Counted from the first letter of the stretch, positions 49,787-58,639 are shown. The stretch: 64,000 nucleotides of DNA from an uncultured virus (IMG/VR IMGVR_UViG_3300018892_000001) (IMGVR_UViG_3300018892_000001); one strand, 5' to 3'. Notes: generated by a model not told the origin, from the letters alone. Program-made: numbers and translations.

Positions 49787-50200
49787 TTACCTGAACGTTA
49801 CCTCCTTAACATCCTTGACACCATTGTTATCCTTCAGGAGTAAAACCTTGGTTCCAGCCTTGCGTTCATTCCAAAAAAAATATTCTGTAGCGATCGATCT
49901 TCTCAGGGTTTCATTTAGGTTAAGATGTCGTTCTGCTATGAGAATATTCAAGACTTTAATTAAATCCTGAGAGAAAGTAACCTCAAAATCCTGGGTTGCT
50001 GGCTGGGCATCTCCTTGGTACGCCCGTTCTAGCTGAAGGAAGGTAGTCGCAACATCTTCTGTGGATGCTAGCGGATACATATCCAAAGTCTGGGCAAACT
50101 TGAGTATTGCTTCCTTAAACACTTCCGGTACCCGGATAGCTGTCGTGGGGAGGTTGTTCCACTTTGGGTTTTCTTGTCTTAGGTTGTCAATGTTGGGCAT
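49787..50200 (-). CDS. Small DNA-binding protein (cyanobacterial PKW..PTTAIRVP motif)
   Basis: PKWNNLPTTAIRVPEVF; C-terminal LNETLRRSIATEYF. Confidence 0.65.
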   Translation of the reverse strand: MPNIDNLRQENPKWNNLPTTAIRVPEVFKEAILKFAQTLDMYPLASTEDVATTFLQLERAYQGDAQPATQDFEVTFSQDLIKVLNILIAERHLNLNETLRRSIATEYFFWNERKAGTKVLLLKDNNGVKDVKEVTFR

Positions 50201-50249
50201 GGTTCTTACCTATAGGGACTCAATCCCCAGTGTACACTCGATCCCACTC

Positions 50250-50654
50250 TTATTGGTTTGACTGAAGTAGCGACTTGCCTGCACCAGCAGGTTTCTCGAC
50301 TTGCATTGTTATCCCAGGTTCGGGGAGATCTTCTTTATCCAAGTCCTCGCAGAGGATGCTAACTGCATTTGCTGGTAGGTTTGAGAATGGAACCATAACT
50401 TTAAATATAGAACCACTTTCCGTGTGTTCAAAAGCACTTCTTACATCAATTCTTCCATCCAAAAACGACTGGAGTCTTTCTGGTGACACTGGGGCATACA
50501 AGAATGTATCCCCTTCCTCCAGTCTGTCCACCCAGACAGCGATGAACATCTGACCTTCTTGATTTTCGCAGGAAAACAAAGAAGGTTGATCGTAGTAAAT
50601 GTAAGTTGATAGGAGTCTAAGATGCCCTAGTGTTGAATGCAGTGGTAGGCTCAT
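50250..50654 (-). CDS. DUF6575-like protein
   Basis: YYDQPSLFSCENQEGQMFIAVW..LYAPVS.ERL; start taken at the ATG after GAGCAAAATC. Confidence 0.7.
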   Translation of the reverse strand: MSLPLHSTLGHLRLLSTYIYYDQPSLFSCENQEGQMFIAVWVDRLEEGDTFLYAPVSPERLQSFLDGRIDVRSAFEHTESGSIFKVMVPFSNLPANAVSILCEDLDKEDLPEPGITMQVEKPAGAGKSLLQSNQ

Positions 50655-50791
50655 GATTTTGCTCAATGACTATGCTGTCATGTTACTACATATGGCAGAG
50701 AGGACAGGAAGCGATCGCCTCCAACAAAAACCCCTAGATCCTATGGATCTAGGGGTTTTTCTGTATATCGCGGGATCTGTCAATCAGTCAT

Positions 50792-51205
50792 CTAGATAAG
50801 TCCATTAGCCTTACAATACGCCCAATAGGGATGACTCTTCTCGGCTATTTTCTTTTCGATAATCGCTGCCCACTCGTGTTCATTCATCAATTTACACGCC
50901 TCATTGGTATTGCTCTTATAAAGATCTGAGAATGGTATTTCTACATACCGATCTCGTTCATCGGGGTCTATCTCGCCTCCTTTGTACTTAAAGAGGTGCT
51001 TGTTTGGCTCAACAGAGATTCCATAAAAGCTATAGCCCTTAACCAAGTCTTGCCATCGGTCAGGATAGCGAAGGAATAGGTAAGACACAAGATATTCCCA
51101 TGTGTGGATACCTTCAAGTGACTCAAACGGGGGACATCGGTAGTCTTCTTGTGGAAATATGACCGCATCTTTTTCTTCGTTGACCTCAAACTCCACAAGA
51201 AGCAA
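50792..51205 (-). CDS. Hypothetical protein
   Basis: 137-aa ORF, TTG start uncertain; terminator at 50725-50760. Confidence 0.6.
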   Translation of the reverse strand: MLLVEFEVNEEKDAVIFPQEDYRCPPFESLEGIHTWEYLVSYLFLRYPDRWQDLVKGYSFYGISVEPNKHLFKYKGGEIDPDERDRYVEIPFSDLYKSNTNEACKLMNEHEWAAIIEKKIAEKSHPYWAYCKANGLI

Positions 51206-51527
51206 GGCGGAGGGCTAGCGAAAAGCCCTGGTGACCCCAGAAATGCACGAGAGGGGATACCCCTCTCAGGACTCTCCCCGCGCCAGTTTTTCCGAACGGC
51301 TCTCCAGGTATTTAGGCAAGATTGGGAGGAATCATCGTCGAGCCGTTCCGATCGTTTCACTAAAACTGGCTTAACTACCGTGTAATACACGAGCAATCAA
51401 CATAGTTCTGTTGTAGGCTACATTAAGTGCGACCGCGTTAAGCTGCAATAGCTAAAAACTCTTTAATACCTATTTTAAGAACACACTAGGGCTATTTATC
51501 AAGTTATGATAGAAGCACAGAAAAACG

Positions 51528-51596
51528 TGGACGGTAGGAGAATTGAACTCCCCAGGGATAGCTGTCAAGACCTCCGCTGGTAACCATACACCGCCC
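51528..51596 (-). tRNA. Degenerate tRNA (Val-GAC-like) or tRNA-like element, 69 nt
   Basis: Acceptor GGGCGGT/ACCGTCC+A, T-arm GGGAG-TTCAATT-CTCCT, TTGACAG loop; D-arm shrunken and anticodon stem imperfect. Confidence 0.55.
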
Positions 51597-51601
51597 ATGT
51601 T

Positions 51602-51639
51602 TAACTAAGCGACAGCAATCGATTGCTGTCGCTTAGTTA
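51602..51639. repeat. Perfect 38-bp palindrome
   Basis: TAACTAAGCGACAGCAATC|GATTGCTGTCGCTTAGTTA. Confidence 0.9.
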
Positions 51640-51812
51640 TTAGATTTTTGGAATATTGAACAAACTGTGTAAACGACAAACTGAACCAGGGTCCAAGTTT
51701 ATTTTCTCGCTTGTCTGACAAATGTCTATTGCAATTTCCTTATCCCCAAATTAGCGCAACTTTTCCTAGATTGCAAGTAAAAATCCTTTTGTTACAATGC
51801 CAAAATTAATAA

Positions 51813-52148
51813 TTATCTAGGTATTTTTAAGTAATTCAATAAAGCTTCTAGCGCCCGCTTGACTGCACCTTTGTCTTTGCCTTTTCTAGTTATTTCTGAG
51901 TTATTTACAATCGATTCAGCGGCTGCAATTAACTGATTAAAATTAAGAGAATCAGTAGTCAATGCCTCTTGATCAAAAGCTCCATTTTGAGCCATTTGCT
52001 CAATTAAGTCTGCTTTTGTAATCTGCTGTATCTCTGCTGCATAGCCTATCTTTTCCCAAGTTTCATCTGTTAGACGAATACTTCTAACATGGCGATAATC
52101 CTGTGACTTAGGAGCAAATTGTCCACTTTCTGTTCTATCTTGATTCAT
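51813..52148 (-). CDS. RHH/CopG-like plasmid regulator
   Basis: VRSIRLTDETWEKI..AEIQQITKADLIE; overlaps the rep stop; palindrome CCGTGTAATACACGG lies 11 nt upstream. Confidence 0.7.
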   Translation of the reverse strand: MNQDRTESGQFAPKSQDYRHVRSIRLTDETWEKIGYAAEIQQITKADLIEQMAQNGAFDQEALTTDSLNFNQLIAAAESIVNNSEITRKGKDKGAVKRALEALLNYLKIPR

Positions 52149-53149
52149 TAGTTTAGTGCCGTGTAATACACGGTTTGTAGTATTTCAAAGTAACTTTTTT
52201 TGTGGCGCTGCCATTCAAAGTAGAGATGCCCTTCATCAATAGAGTCTTCATCGCTGTTTTTTCCTACCAAGTCTTCTGGCTCTTGTTCTAAGGCTTTTAG
52301 GTAAGACCGTAAAACGCCGCCAACTGCTACAGTCTTGGTATTATGTAACTGCCGACTTAATTCTAAAAAGAACTCGCGGTTATATATCATGTCAGACTCT
52401 TTCACCTGATATTTTAATATCTCAGGGACAATCTTAATTGGATTGTGTTTCTTATGAATTGCTTTAACATGACACCTTGGATAATAATCCAACCGAGCGC
52501 ATTGTTTCCAAAGCTCAACCCACTTCTCTTGAGAAAGGTAGCTAGCCCCAAAGTAACTAGGAGGAACCATGAGTAGGCAATGGAAATGAGGATGTGCATT
52601 ACCATCTTTGCCATGCGTCACTTCTACAGATTTAATCCAACCATCAGCAGGATAAATCTTAAGCTGGGTCAGACGCTGGAATGCTTGGTTCATTGACTTG
52701 AGAGTTTCCCTTAGTTCGGTAACAGGGCAATTCTTAATTGTTAGAGTTAAGAACAGCCAGCGGTGCTTAGGAAAGTCTTTTACTACCCTCGGAATGATTT
52801 TATAAGCTTTAGCCTTCCACATCATTGAGCGCCGCCATTGGCAAACACAACAATGTCTGACTCTACAAAATCTAGCTGATGACAGTTTTAGTTTGAGAAC
52901 TCCTTCTTCAAGATCTGGTGTTAATTTAAAATCTAACAACTCAGAGCAAAAGTGAATCCTCTTTGCATAATCGTCAAATTCAGTTCCTCTATAATGGGTT
53001 GCAATTTTATCGCTGTTAGCTCGATGTTCGTCCCATACTTTATCTCTTTCTGATAGATCAGATAAACGTGCTGCTTCTGTGGGCTGGACAGATTCGCCTG
53101 TTAGAGGTAAATTGAGGATGTAGCTCTGGTCTGTTTCATGCCCAGACAC
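52148..53149 (-). CDS. rep: Rolling-circle replication initiator (Rep_1, pC194 family)
   Basis: FCRVRHCCVCQWRRS, motif 1 FLTLT, HUH motif HPHFHCLL, motif 3 EILKYQVK. Start likely GTG 53149 (the ORF-track extension runs through a hairpin). Confidence 0.92.
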   Translation of the reverse strand: MSGHETDQSYILNLPLTGESVQPTEAARLSDLSERDKVWDEHRANSDKIATHYRGTEFDDYAKRIHFCSELLDFKLTPDLEEGVLKLKLSSARFCRVRHCCVCQWRRSMMWKAKAYKIIPRVVKDFPKHRWLFLTLTIKNCPVTELRETLKSMNQAFQRLTQLKIYPADGWIKSVEVTHGKDGNAHPHFHCLLMVPPSYFGASYLSQEKWVELWKQCARLDYYPRCHVKAIHKKHNPIKIVPEILKYQVKESDMIYNREFFLELSRQLHNTKTVAVGGVLRSYLKALEQEPEDLVGKNSDEDSIDEGHLYFEWQRHKKSYFEILQTVYYTALN

Positions 53150-53258
53150 AAAAAAGCCCCCCTGGTATCTAATTGGTTGTGTGGTAACTCCCAATCTACC
53201 AGGGGGTTTTAATTTTTGTCAATTGACAAAGACGTTAAAACTATTAAATTTGAGCATT

Positions 53259-53591
53259 TCAGTCATTGTAATGAAATCTACATTGCAAAAGCTCAATTTT
53301 GCCCTTGTCAACTTTATACACAAATCGATTAGCTTCATCAATTTTTCTTGACCATAAACCAGAACCTTCATGTCTTAAAGCTTCTGGCTTACCTATTCCT
53401 TCAAAAGGGTTTTTCAATGTGCTTTCAATCAAGTCCAAAATTTTTTTTAAAGTTTTAGAGTCTTGACGTGACCAGTATTGGCACTGTTCTAAAAACTTTG
53501 GAGTTAAAACAAGCTCAAAAGTTGTTTTTTCTTTAGCTAGTTGAGTAGAGGTAGAAGCTTCTTTTTGAGATTCATTCTTCTTCTTCTTCAA
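53259..53591 (-). CDS. yoeB: YoeB/Txe family toxin
   Basis: YW..QD.K.LKKI.DLI....NPFEGIGKPEALR..GLWSRKIDEANRFVY...LQCRFHY. Confidence 0.93.
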   Translation of the reverse strand: MKKKKNESQKEASTSTQLAKEKTTFELVLTPKFLEQCQYWSRQDSKTLKKILDLIESTLKNPFEGIGKPEALRHEGSGLWSRKIDEANRFVYKVDKGKIELLQCRFHYND

Positions 53592-54915
53592 AGCCTAGCT
53601 CCTCACGCAATTCATCTAATGTCATTGCCCGTCCTTTTCCTTCTTCTATTTCTTGCAATGCAGACTTTAAGATAATTGCATTCTTTTCTGAAAGATTAAA
53701 AAGATAATCTGTTTCATCAATGCCACCTATATCTTCTCTGTCTTTATCTCTTGCAGCAGCGCCGAACACAGAATAAGCAAACCGATGAGCCAATCTTACA
53801 TAGTCGTTGTGTGATTTGATTGTGTTTAATAGTAAGGTATTAAACGCATCCTCTTCAAAAGGCTCATTTAGTAAAAGTTCACTGTTCTTAATTTCTCCAG
53901 AAGCTAGCTCTGCCTCAACTTTAAAAAGAACTCCATTTTTTTTCTCTTCTGGACTTAATTCAAGTTCGGCTTTTTGAAGCTTTTTTTCGATGATAGCTTG
54001 AGCCTTAAGAACAAACTCTTGACGCATTTTTATTGGGCAATAAGCCCAGTATTGTTCAACAACCTCCAAAAGCAATTCATAACCTCGTACAGTTAATGAA
54101 TAAGCTTTTGCAATCTCATCTATAAAGCGTATAGCGTCAGAAGCAGTGGGATTTGTAAATTGTAAAACTTTATTACTGCTTTGATTAATTTGATTACCTA
54201 ATTGCTTGAACAAATAAGAAGCAATTTTTACTTTGCTATCCAAAATTAAGAGGATGGCATCTACCTCTAGCTTGCTTCTGCCTTTTGCTGCTGCTAGTTC
54301 AGCTTTAAAATCATGCTGTGCTCCTTCTGAACATTCAAAAATGAGGCAGCTTTCCAAATCAACAAATACAACGTCTTCAATGCCTTTCACACGTTGTTCC
54401 TCTATAAACAGACAGTAAATTGGTAGCTTAGTATGCGCTCTTGCCCGATATGCACTTCTATATCCTTGCACAGCCTTCTCTAATGCGATCGAAAGCCACC
54501 CGATCGCCACACCACCAACTGCCCCAACAACCAGCAACTGCAACCAGTCTGGAGCCAAAAGCAGCAGCTCCAGTCCTGCCAGCGAGAACATCTTTGTTTC
54601 GCTAGGTTTTGCAGTTCTTTTATATTCATTTTCGTCTGTATCCCATACAGTGAGCGAGTTGCACTGATGCTGACGCATCAGAGAACTCCCTAAGTATTCG
54701 AGGTCATCATCACTTACTAACTGTTCTGCAATGGTCTTCAGAAACAACCAAAACCATTTTGGTTCCTCATCCTCGGCGTAATGGTAAGGGGACAGGGAAC
54801 GGAAGAAGTCAAGTGCAACCTGCAATCCTTCTTCGTCGCCTGACCAGAATGATTTGATATGGTTTTCATCAATCTGAACAGACTTGATCAACTTAACGGC
54901 GATGGATTTTGTCAT
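53572..54915 (-). CDS. Chimeric protein ending in a YefM-like antitoxin tail
   Basis: C-terminus ETDYLFNLSEKNAIILKSALQEIEEGKG overlaps yoeB by 20 nt; composition shifts near 54430; start taken at the ATG after AAGCAAAATC. Confidence 0.65.
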   Translation of the reverse strand: MTKSIAVKLIKSVQIDENHIKSFWSGDEEGLQVALDFFRSLSPYHYAEDEEPKWFWLFLKTIAEQLVSDDDLEYLGSSLMRQHQCNSLTVWDTDENEYKRTAKPSETKMFSLAGLELLLLAPDWLQLLVVGAVGGVAIGWLSIALEKAVQGYRSAYRARAHTKLPIYCLFIEEQRVKGIEDVVFVDLESCLIFECSEGAQHDFKAELAAAKGRSKLEVDAILLILDSKVKIASYLFKQLGNQINQSSNKVLQFTNPTASDAIRFIDEIAKAYSLTVRGYELLLEVVEQYWAYCPIKMRQEFVLKAQAIIEKKLQKAELELSPEEKKNGVLFKVEAELASGEIKNSELLLNEPFEEDAFNTLLLNTIKSHNDYVRLAHRFAYSVFGAAARDKDREDIGGIDETDYLFNLSEKNAIILKSALQEIEEGKGRAMTLDELREELGFEEEEE

Positions 54916-55043
54916 GATTTTGCTTTGCGTGTACATATTACTATGTTATCACATTCAATCCACCGAGATTAATGGTGAAAGATAGCGATCGCGTTCTTTA
55001 TAACAAAGGTAAAATAACATCAGTAAATACAATCTTAATTTTC

Positions 55044-55565
55044 ATGGCTAAAGGCAAAGGTTTCTGGGGAAGAAAGGATAAAGATCAAAATAAAATAAGC
55101 GTAGAATCAATAGTTCGGGGGGACAGCCTTGAGCCTATTGTCGTGATCAAATGGGGCAAGGAAGGAGGCTACCTCGCGCCTGAAGAGGCAAGATCCCTTG
55201 CTTTGACTATCCTGGGTGCGTCCTGTGCTGCTAAATCTGATAGCGCAGTGGTCAAATTTTTCTCGTCTATTGATGGATTCGGGGTGGGGGGAGCTGCCCT
55301 TTTCCGCAAGATGCTCCGAGAATTTAGGGTACAGAATCGGGATCAAAATCTTTCAGGAATTCGGATGGTTATCGACCCTGATGAAGAGCCAATTCCGATA
55401 CAAGAAGTCACGGGGCAGGCGCTCTATATGCTGGAAATGGCAGTGATGTCCGAAGTGGAGGCTTTTCTGGTTGAGTACCTCAAGCAAGAAGTGAACATGG
55501 ATGAATACATGATTAATCGGGTCATTGGCGAGTTGCGTGACATCATGTATCCCAAAGAAGGATAG
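55044..55565 (+). CDS. Hypothetical protein
   Basis: First of a tightly packed operon; internal repeat (EARSLALTIL.A..AKSD / QALYMLEMA..SEVE). Confidence 0.65.
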   Translation: MAKGKGFWGRKDKDQNKISVESIVRGDSLEPIVVIKWGKEGGYLAPEEARSLALTILGASCAAKSDSAVVKFFSSIDGFGVGGAALFRKMLREFRVQNRDQNLSGIRMVIDPDEEPIPIQEVTGQALYMLEMAVMSEVEAFLVEYLKQEVNMDEYMINRVIGELRDIMYPKEG

Positions 55566-55567
55566 GT

Positions 55568-55969
55568 ATGCAGTTTAGCAAAGCAGAGCCAAACGAAGAT
55601 TTTCTATTGGGACGTTGGGTATCTGAAAACAATATCTGGGAGATTGGCTTCTGCCCCGTCGCCTATGGTGTTCGGGTTAGGCTCGGAAGAGTTGGCAATT
55701 ATTGGGTGAATCTCGACTATTGCGCCGGCGCCGATACAGGGTTTGCGTATGTCCTCTTGGCAACTGTAGTTTTGATCTTGTCTTATGTTCCGGAGAACAT
55801 AACCGAGATAGAAGTGGAGCGGATGTTCCCTTGGTTTGAGATCAAGCCAATTAACCGAGACCCAACTTGCTGGAAGAGACTTCAAGAAATGGCAGACGAA
55901 CTTATTAAAAAAGGAAATTCAGATGACGAGCAAGCCAGGGCGCTACAACCTCAAAATCTACATGATTGA
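55568..55969 (+). CDS. Hypothetical protein
   Basis: 2-nt spacing within the operon. Confidence 0.65.
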   Translation: MQFSKAEPNEDFLLGRWVSENNIWEIGFCPVAYGVRVRLGRVGNYWVNLDYCAGADTGFAYVLLATVVLILSYVPENITEIEVERMFPWFEIKPINRDPTCWKRLQEMADELIKKGNSDDEQARALQPQNLHD

Positions 55970-56183
55970 GGGACGAGGGTGGCATCGACCAGTGAAGATG
56001 ATTTGGTGGATTGCGATCGCTCTCGTGACGTTGCCGTTAAGATTTATCCCGCTGTTCAAACCGCATAAGATGGTGCGGCAGAGATACAAGGTCTTGACGT
56101 TTCGTAGCTTAAAAGAATGTAGGCTTTTGAATGGTAAAGAGATCTCGTTGGTATCGAAGATTCGGAACAGACGAAAACCCTAG
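55922..56183 (+). CDS. Small hypothetical membrane protein
   Basis: MTSKPGRY..., one hydrophobic segment. Confidence 0.45.
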
Positions 56184-56198
56184 ATTGAGAGCGATCGC

Positions 56199-56675
56199 AT
56201 GAACACGAGCAGAGAAGAAGGTTTTTACTGGGTCAAGAATTCCGCAGGAATTTACCAGATAGCATTTTGGGTCAACTCTAATTGGTTATCTGTTGGGAAG
56301 GAGAATGGACGACCAGAAGGTGATTTTGAGGTAGTGAGCGATCTCCTAGAACCATCCCCATCTAAAGTCGAGAACGACAAACCACCCTCCATCAAAAAAA
56401 CAAACCTGGAAAGATATCCAGGATCTATCAAATACAAGACCAATCTCGACTACCCAAAAGAATTCTTCTTGGCTGACTTGCCGCCAAGACGCAACAATCC
56501 GAACCCGCTTCCATTGCAACCTTTGGAGGTAGACGATTACATCCTATTACCATTCCATCCTTCAGCCGAAATATTCGCGGGGAAACACCTAACTTACAAA
56601 GTTATCCATGTGGAAGGGGATCAGGTTTCTTTAGAAGCGATAGGTTTCCGGGTAACGTTTCTGGAGAATGAATAG
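56199..56675 (+). CDS. Hypothetical protein
   Basis: REEGFYWVK N-terminus, recalled from small phage proteins. Confidence 0.65.
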   Translation: MNTSREEGFYWVKNSAGIYQIAFWVNSNWLSVGKENGRPEGDFEVVSDLLEPSPSKVENDKPPSIKKTNLERYPGSIKYKTNLDYPKEFFLADLPPRRNNPNPLPLQPLEVDDYILLPFHPSAEIFAGKHLTYKVIHVEGDQVSLEAIGFRVTFLENE

Positions 56676-56921
56676 ATGGATTTTCTAATTTGGGAATGGC
56701 GGAACAGCGAACAACCAATTGACTACTGTAGGGTCTCTTTTTTGGTTCCACTGATTGGAATCCGAAGAGGTAGAGAGAGGATTAGTGATCAAAAATGGGT
56801 TTGGGTTGGATTCATGGGAAAAACGGAATTCTCTTATGAAGCAGAAAGTGAAGTTGACTGGAGATTTAGTATTCGTGTCTTAGGGTTTGGTTTTTCTATT
56901 CACCGCCAGTGGGGCTTCTAA
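56676..56921 (+). CDS. Hypothetical protein
   Basis: Abuts the previous stop codon. Confidence 0.55.
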   Translation: MDFLIWEWRNSEQPIDYCRVSFLVPLIGIRRGRERISDQKWVWVGFMGKTEFSYEAESEVDWRFSIRVLGFGFSIHRQWGF

Positions 56922-56968
56922 GGCGATCGCTTTATCTAAATATGTCAAGGATTTCAAGAGTTTAATCA

Positions 56969-57442
56969 ATGTCAAAACTTGCCGCTGCAACCGTTCATGA
57001 GTTTTCATATTTCTACTTTGAAGGCGACACGCTAAAAGCTGTAGACAAATGCTCTCAACTGTCAGACGACGAAAATTTGAAATTTTGCAAGCTAAGTGAT
57101 GCAGTTGGATATGTTCAAAAACTAGGATGCTGTGGAATGAAACAGCATTCAATACGGAGCGAGTATCATCGCTTGTGTATTGAAGTGCTGCGTTGGGCGG
57201 TAAAAAATACGGGTCAAGTTTTCCCCGTAATTTTTAGGGGCGTTCGCTCTAATCGACCTGAATCAGAACACATGATTCTGTTTGGAACGCGAGACAAGGC
57301 GGTTGCTGCTTTCTATGGTTCAACCATTAAAGAGTATTGCAACGTTAGAGGAATTCTGGTTAAAACATCCCATGTAAAATCAGTCAAGTCTGACGATTGG
57401 AGCGAGGCAGACGATGAAGTTATATTTTTCCCAGATCTATGA
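56969..57442 (+). CDS. Hypothetical protein, weakly ADP-ribosyltransferase-like
   Basis: IFRGV..FGTRDKAVAAFYG..DDEVI pattern (weak). Confidence 0.55.
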   Translation: MSKLAAATVHEFSYFYFEGDTLKAVDKCSQLSDDENLKFCKLSDAVGYVQKLGCCGMKQHSIRSEYHRLCIEVLRWAVKNTGQVFPVIFRGVRSNRPESEHMILFGTRDKAVAAFYGSTIKEYCNVRGILVKTSHVKSVKSDDWSEADDEVIFFPDL

Positions 57443-57468
57443 AGCGTACAGCCTCTATCCCCGTTAAT

Positions 57469-57696
57469 TTACCACCCCATGAGAGGTTGCTCCCCCTCAT
57501 GGGTGGGGCGGTTGACCTCCTTAAAGTCACCTGGGACAGCATCAGTGATATGAAGACCCGATTCAAGGGTGTGTAAGGCATCTTCCAGGGGTTTTCGACT
57601 ATCGGCATCGGGGCATTGTTGAATCGCGGCTGTGAGAGCAAGAATAATCGCCCCTAAGTCCTTATCTGACAGTAACCACCATTTTTGTAATGACAT
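57469..57696 (-). CDS. Hypothetical protein
   Basis: 75-aa ORF. Confidence 0.5.
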   Translation of the reverse strand: MSLQKWWLLSDKDLGAIILALTAAIQQCPDADSRKPLEDALHTLESGLHITDAVPGDFKEVNRPTHEGEQPLMGW

Positions 57697-57754
57697 AGCG
57701 ATCGCCTACCTTCTAACGTAAAATCCCCTGGGTTTAGATCCAGGGGATTCCGTA

Positions 57755-58306
57755 TTATAGGGCTTTTGGACGGGGGAACTTTGAACCCAAGAAACTCCTC
57801 ATCATTGCTTGATTGCGTTTATCCCTGCTTTTGACCGATTCAGGTTCAGAAGGTGTGTCCGCCTCAAGCGCTTCCTCCATCACGGAGAACCGTGATGGAG
57901 GAATACTTAAGACAAAAGGGAAAGGGAGAGGTGACCTAGGAGGACTTAGCCTAAAAGAATGATTAGTATCGGCAATTTTGTTAATTGATCCCCCCTGCTC
58001 GGCTAAGGCAGTCAGCGCCCGCATTATGTTTCCCTGCGCGGCTATGCCAGCCATAGCCCGCCTTAGGGTTCCCTGTTCGACTATTTCAACCAACATTGCC
58101 CTTACAAACGATTGTGATTCCCCAAGCGCCAAGGAGATTGAGGAAACTGTTTTGTTGAAATCGTAGCTGATTGAAACGGGTTCTGGAACAAACCTGCTAG
58201 GTGCGATCGCCCACCAAACTCCATTGATCTTCTGCGGTGTATCCCAACCGTTGTTCACACACCAATCAAGGACTAACCTATCTAGTGCGTTTAGTTCTGA
58301 TTCCAT
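57755..58306 (-). CDS. Hypothetical protein
   Basis: WCVNNGWD....GVWWAIAP..FVPEP N-terminus; contains a copy of the 16-bp palindrome. Confidence 0.65.
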   Translation of the reverse strand: MESELNALDRLVLDWCVNNGWDTPQKINGVWWAIAPSRFVPEPVSISYDFNKTVSSISLALGESQSFVRAMLVEIVEQGTLRRAMAGIAAQGNIMRALTALAEQGGSINKIADTNHSFRLSPPRSPLPFPFVLSIPPSRFSVMEEALEADTPSEPESVKSRDKRNQAMMRSFLGSKFPRPKAL

Positions 58307-58639
58307 GTCTGTTTATAAGCTATCTTCGTTTTCCCTAGAATACTTCAAATTAAGCAAAAGAATAGCCGCTTACACGGAAGCGGCTTTTTACTAGGAATCC
58401 GCCAGAAAGCCCCGTACCCTTGTGGTCGGGGATGAATGGCGGGAAAAAGAGATCGCACTTTTGCTCCGGAATATTCCGGAGCAAAAAAAATAACCGCCCA
58501 CCAGAGGACGGTAAATGTACTATGAGATGATCCCTATGTCGTGCTTGTAAACACTGTTGAAGTGTAGTGCATAACAAAAGGCGACAACCGTATTATACCT
58601 ATTGATTGGAGTTTGACTTCTCTAGGTTGAACGCCAACA

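Noticed and set aside
51216..51221. TAGCGA as an ssoA CS-6 box
   Set aside because: Only a 6-mer, and on the strand opposite to rep; insufficient on its own.
51602..51639. Protelomerase telRL site
   Set aside because: No protelomerase in the window, and similar near-perfect palindromes here (42820, 58459) look like terminators.
58492..58512. ACCGCCC-ACCA..GGACGGT as a permuted tmRNA or tRNA end
   Set aside because: No T-arm precedes it; reads better as a minus-strand intrinsic terminator.
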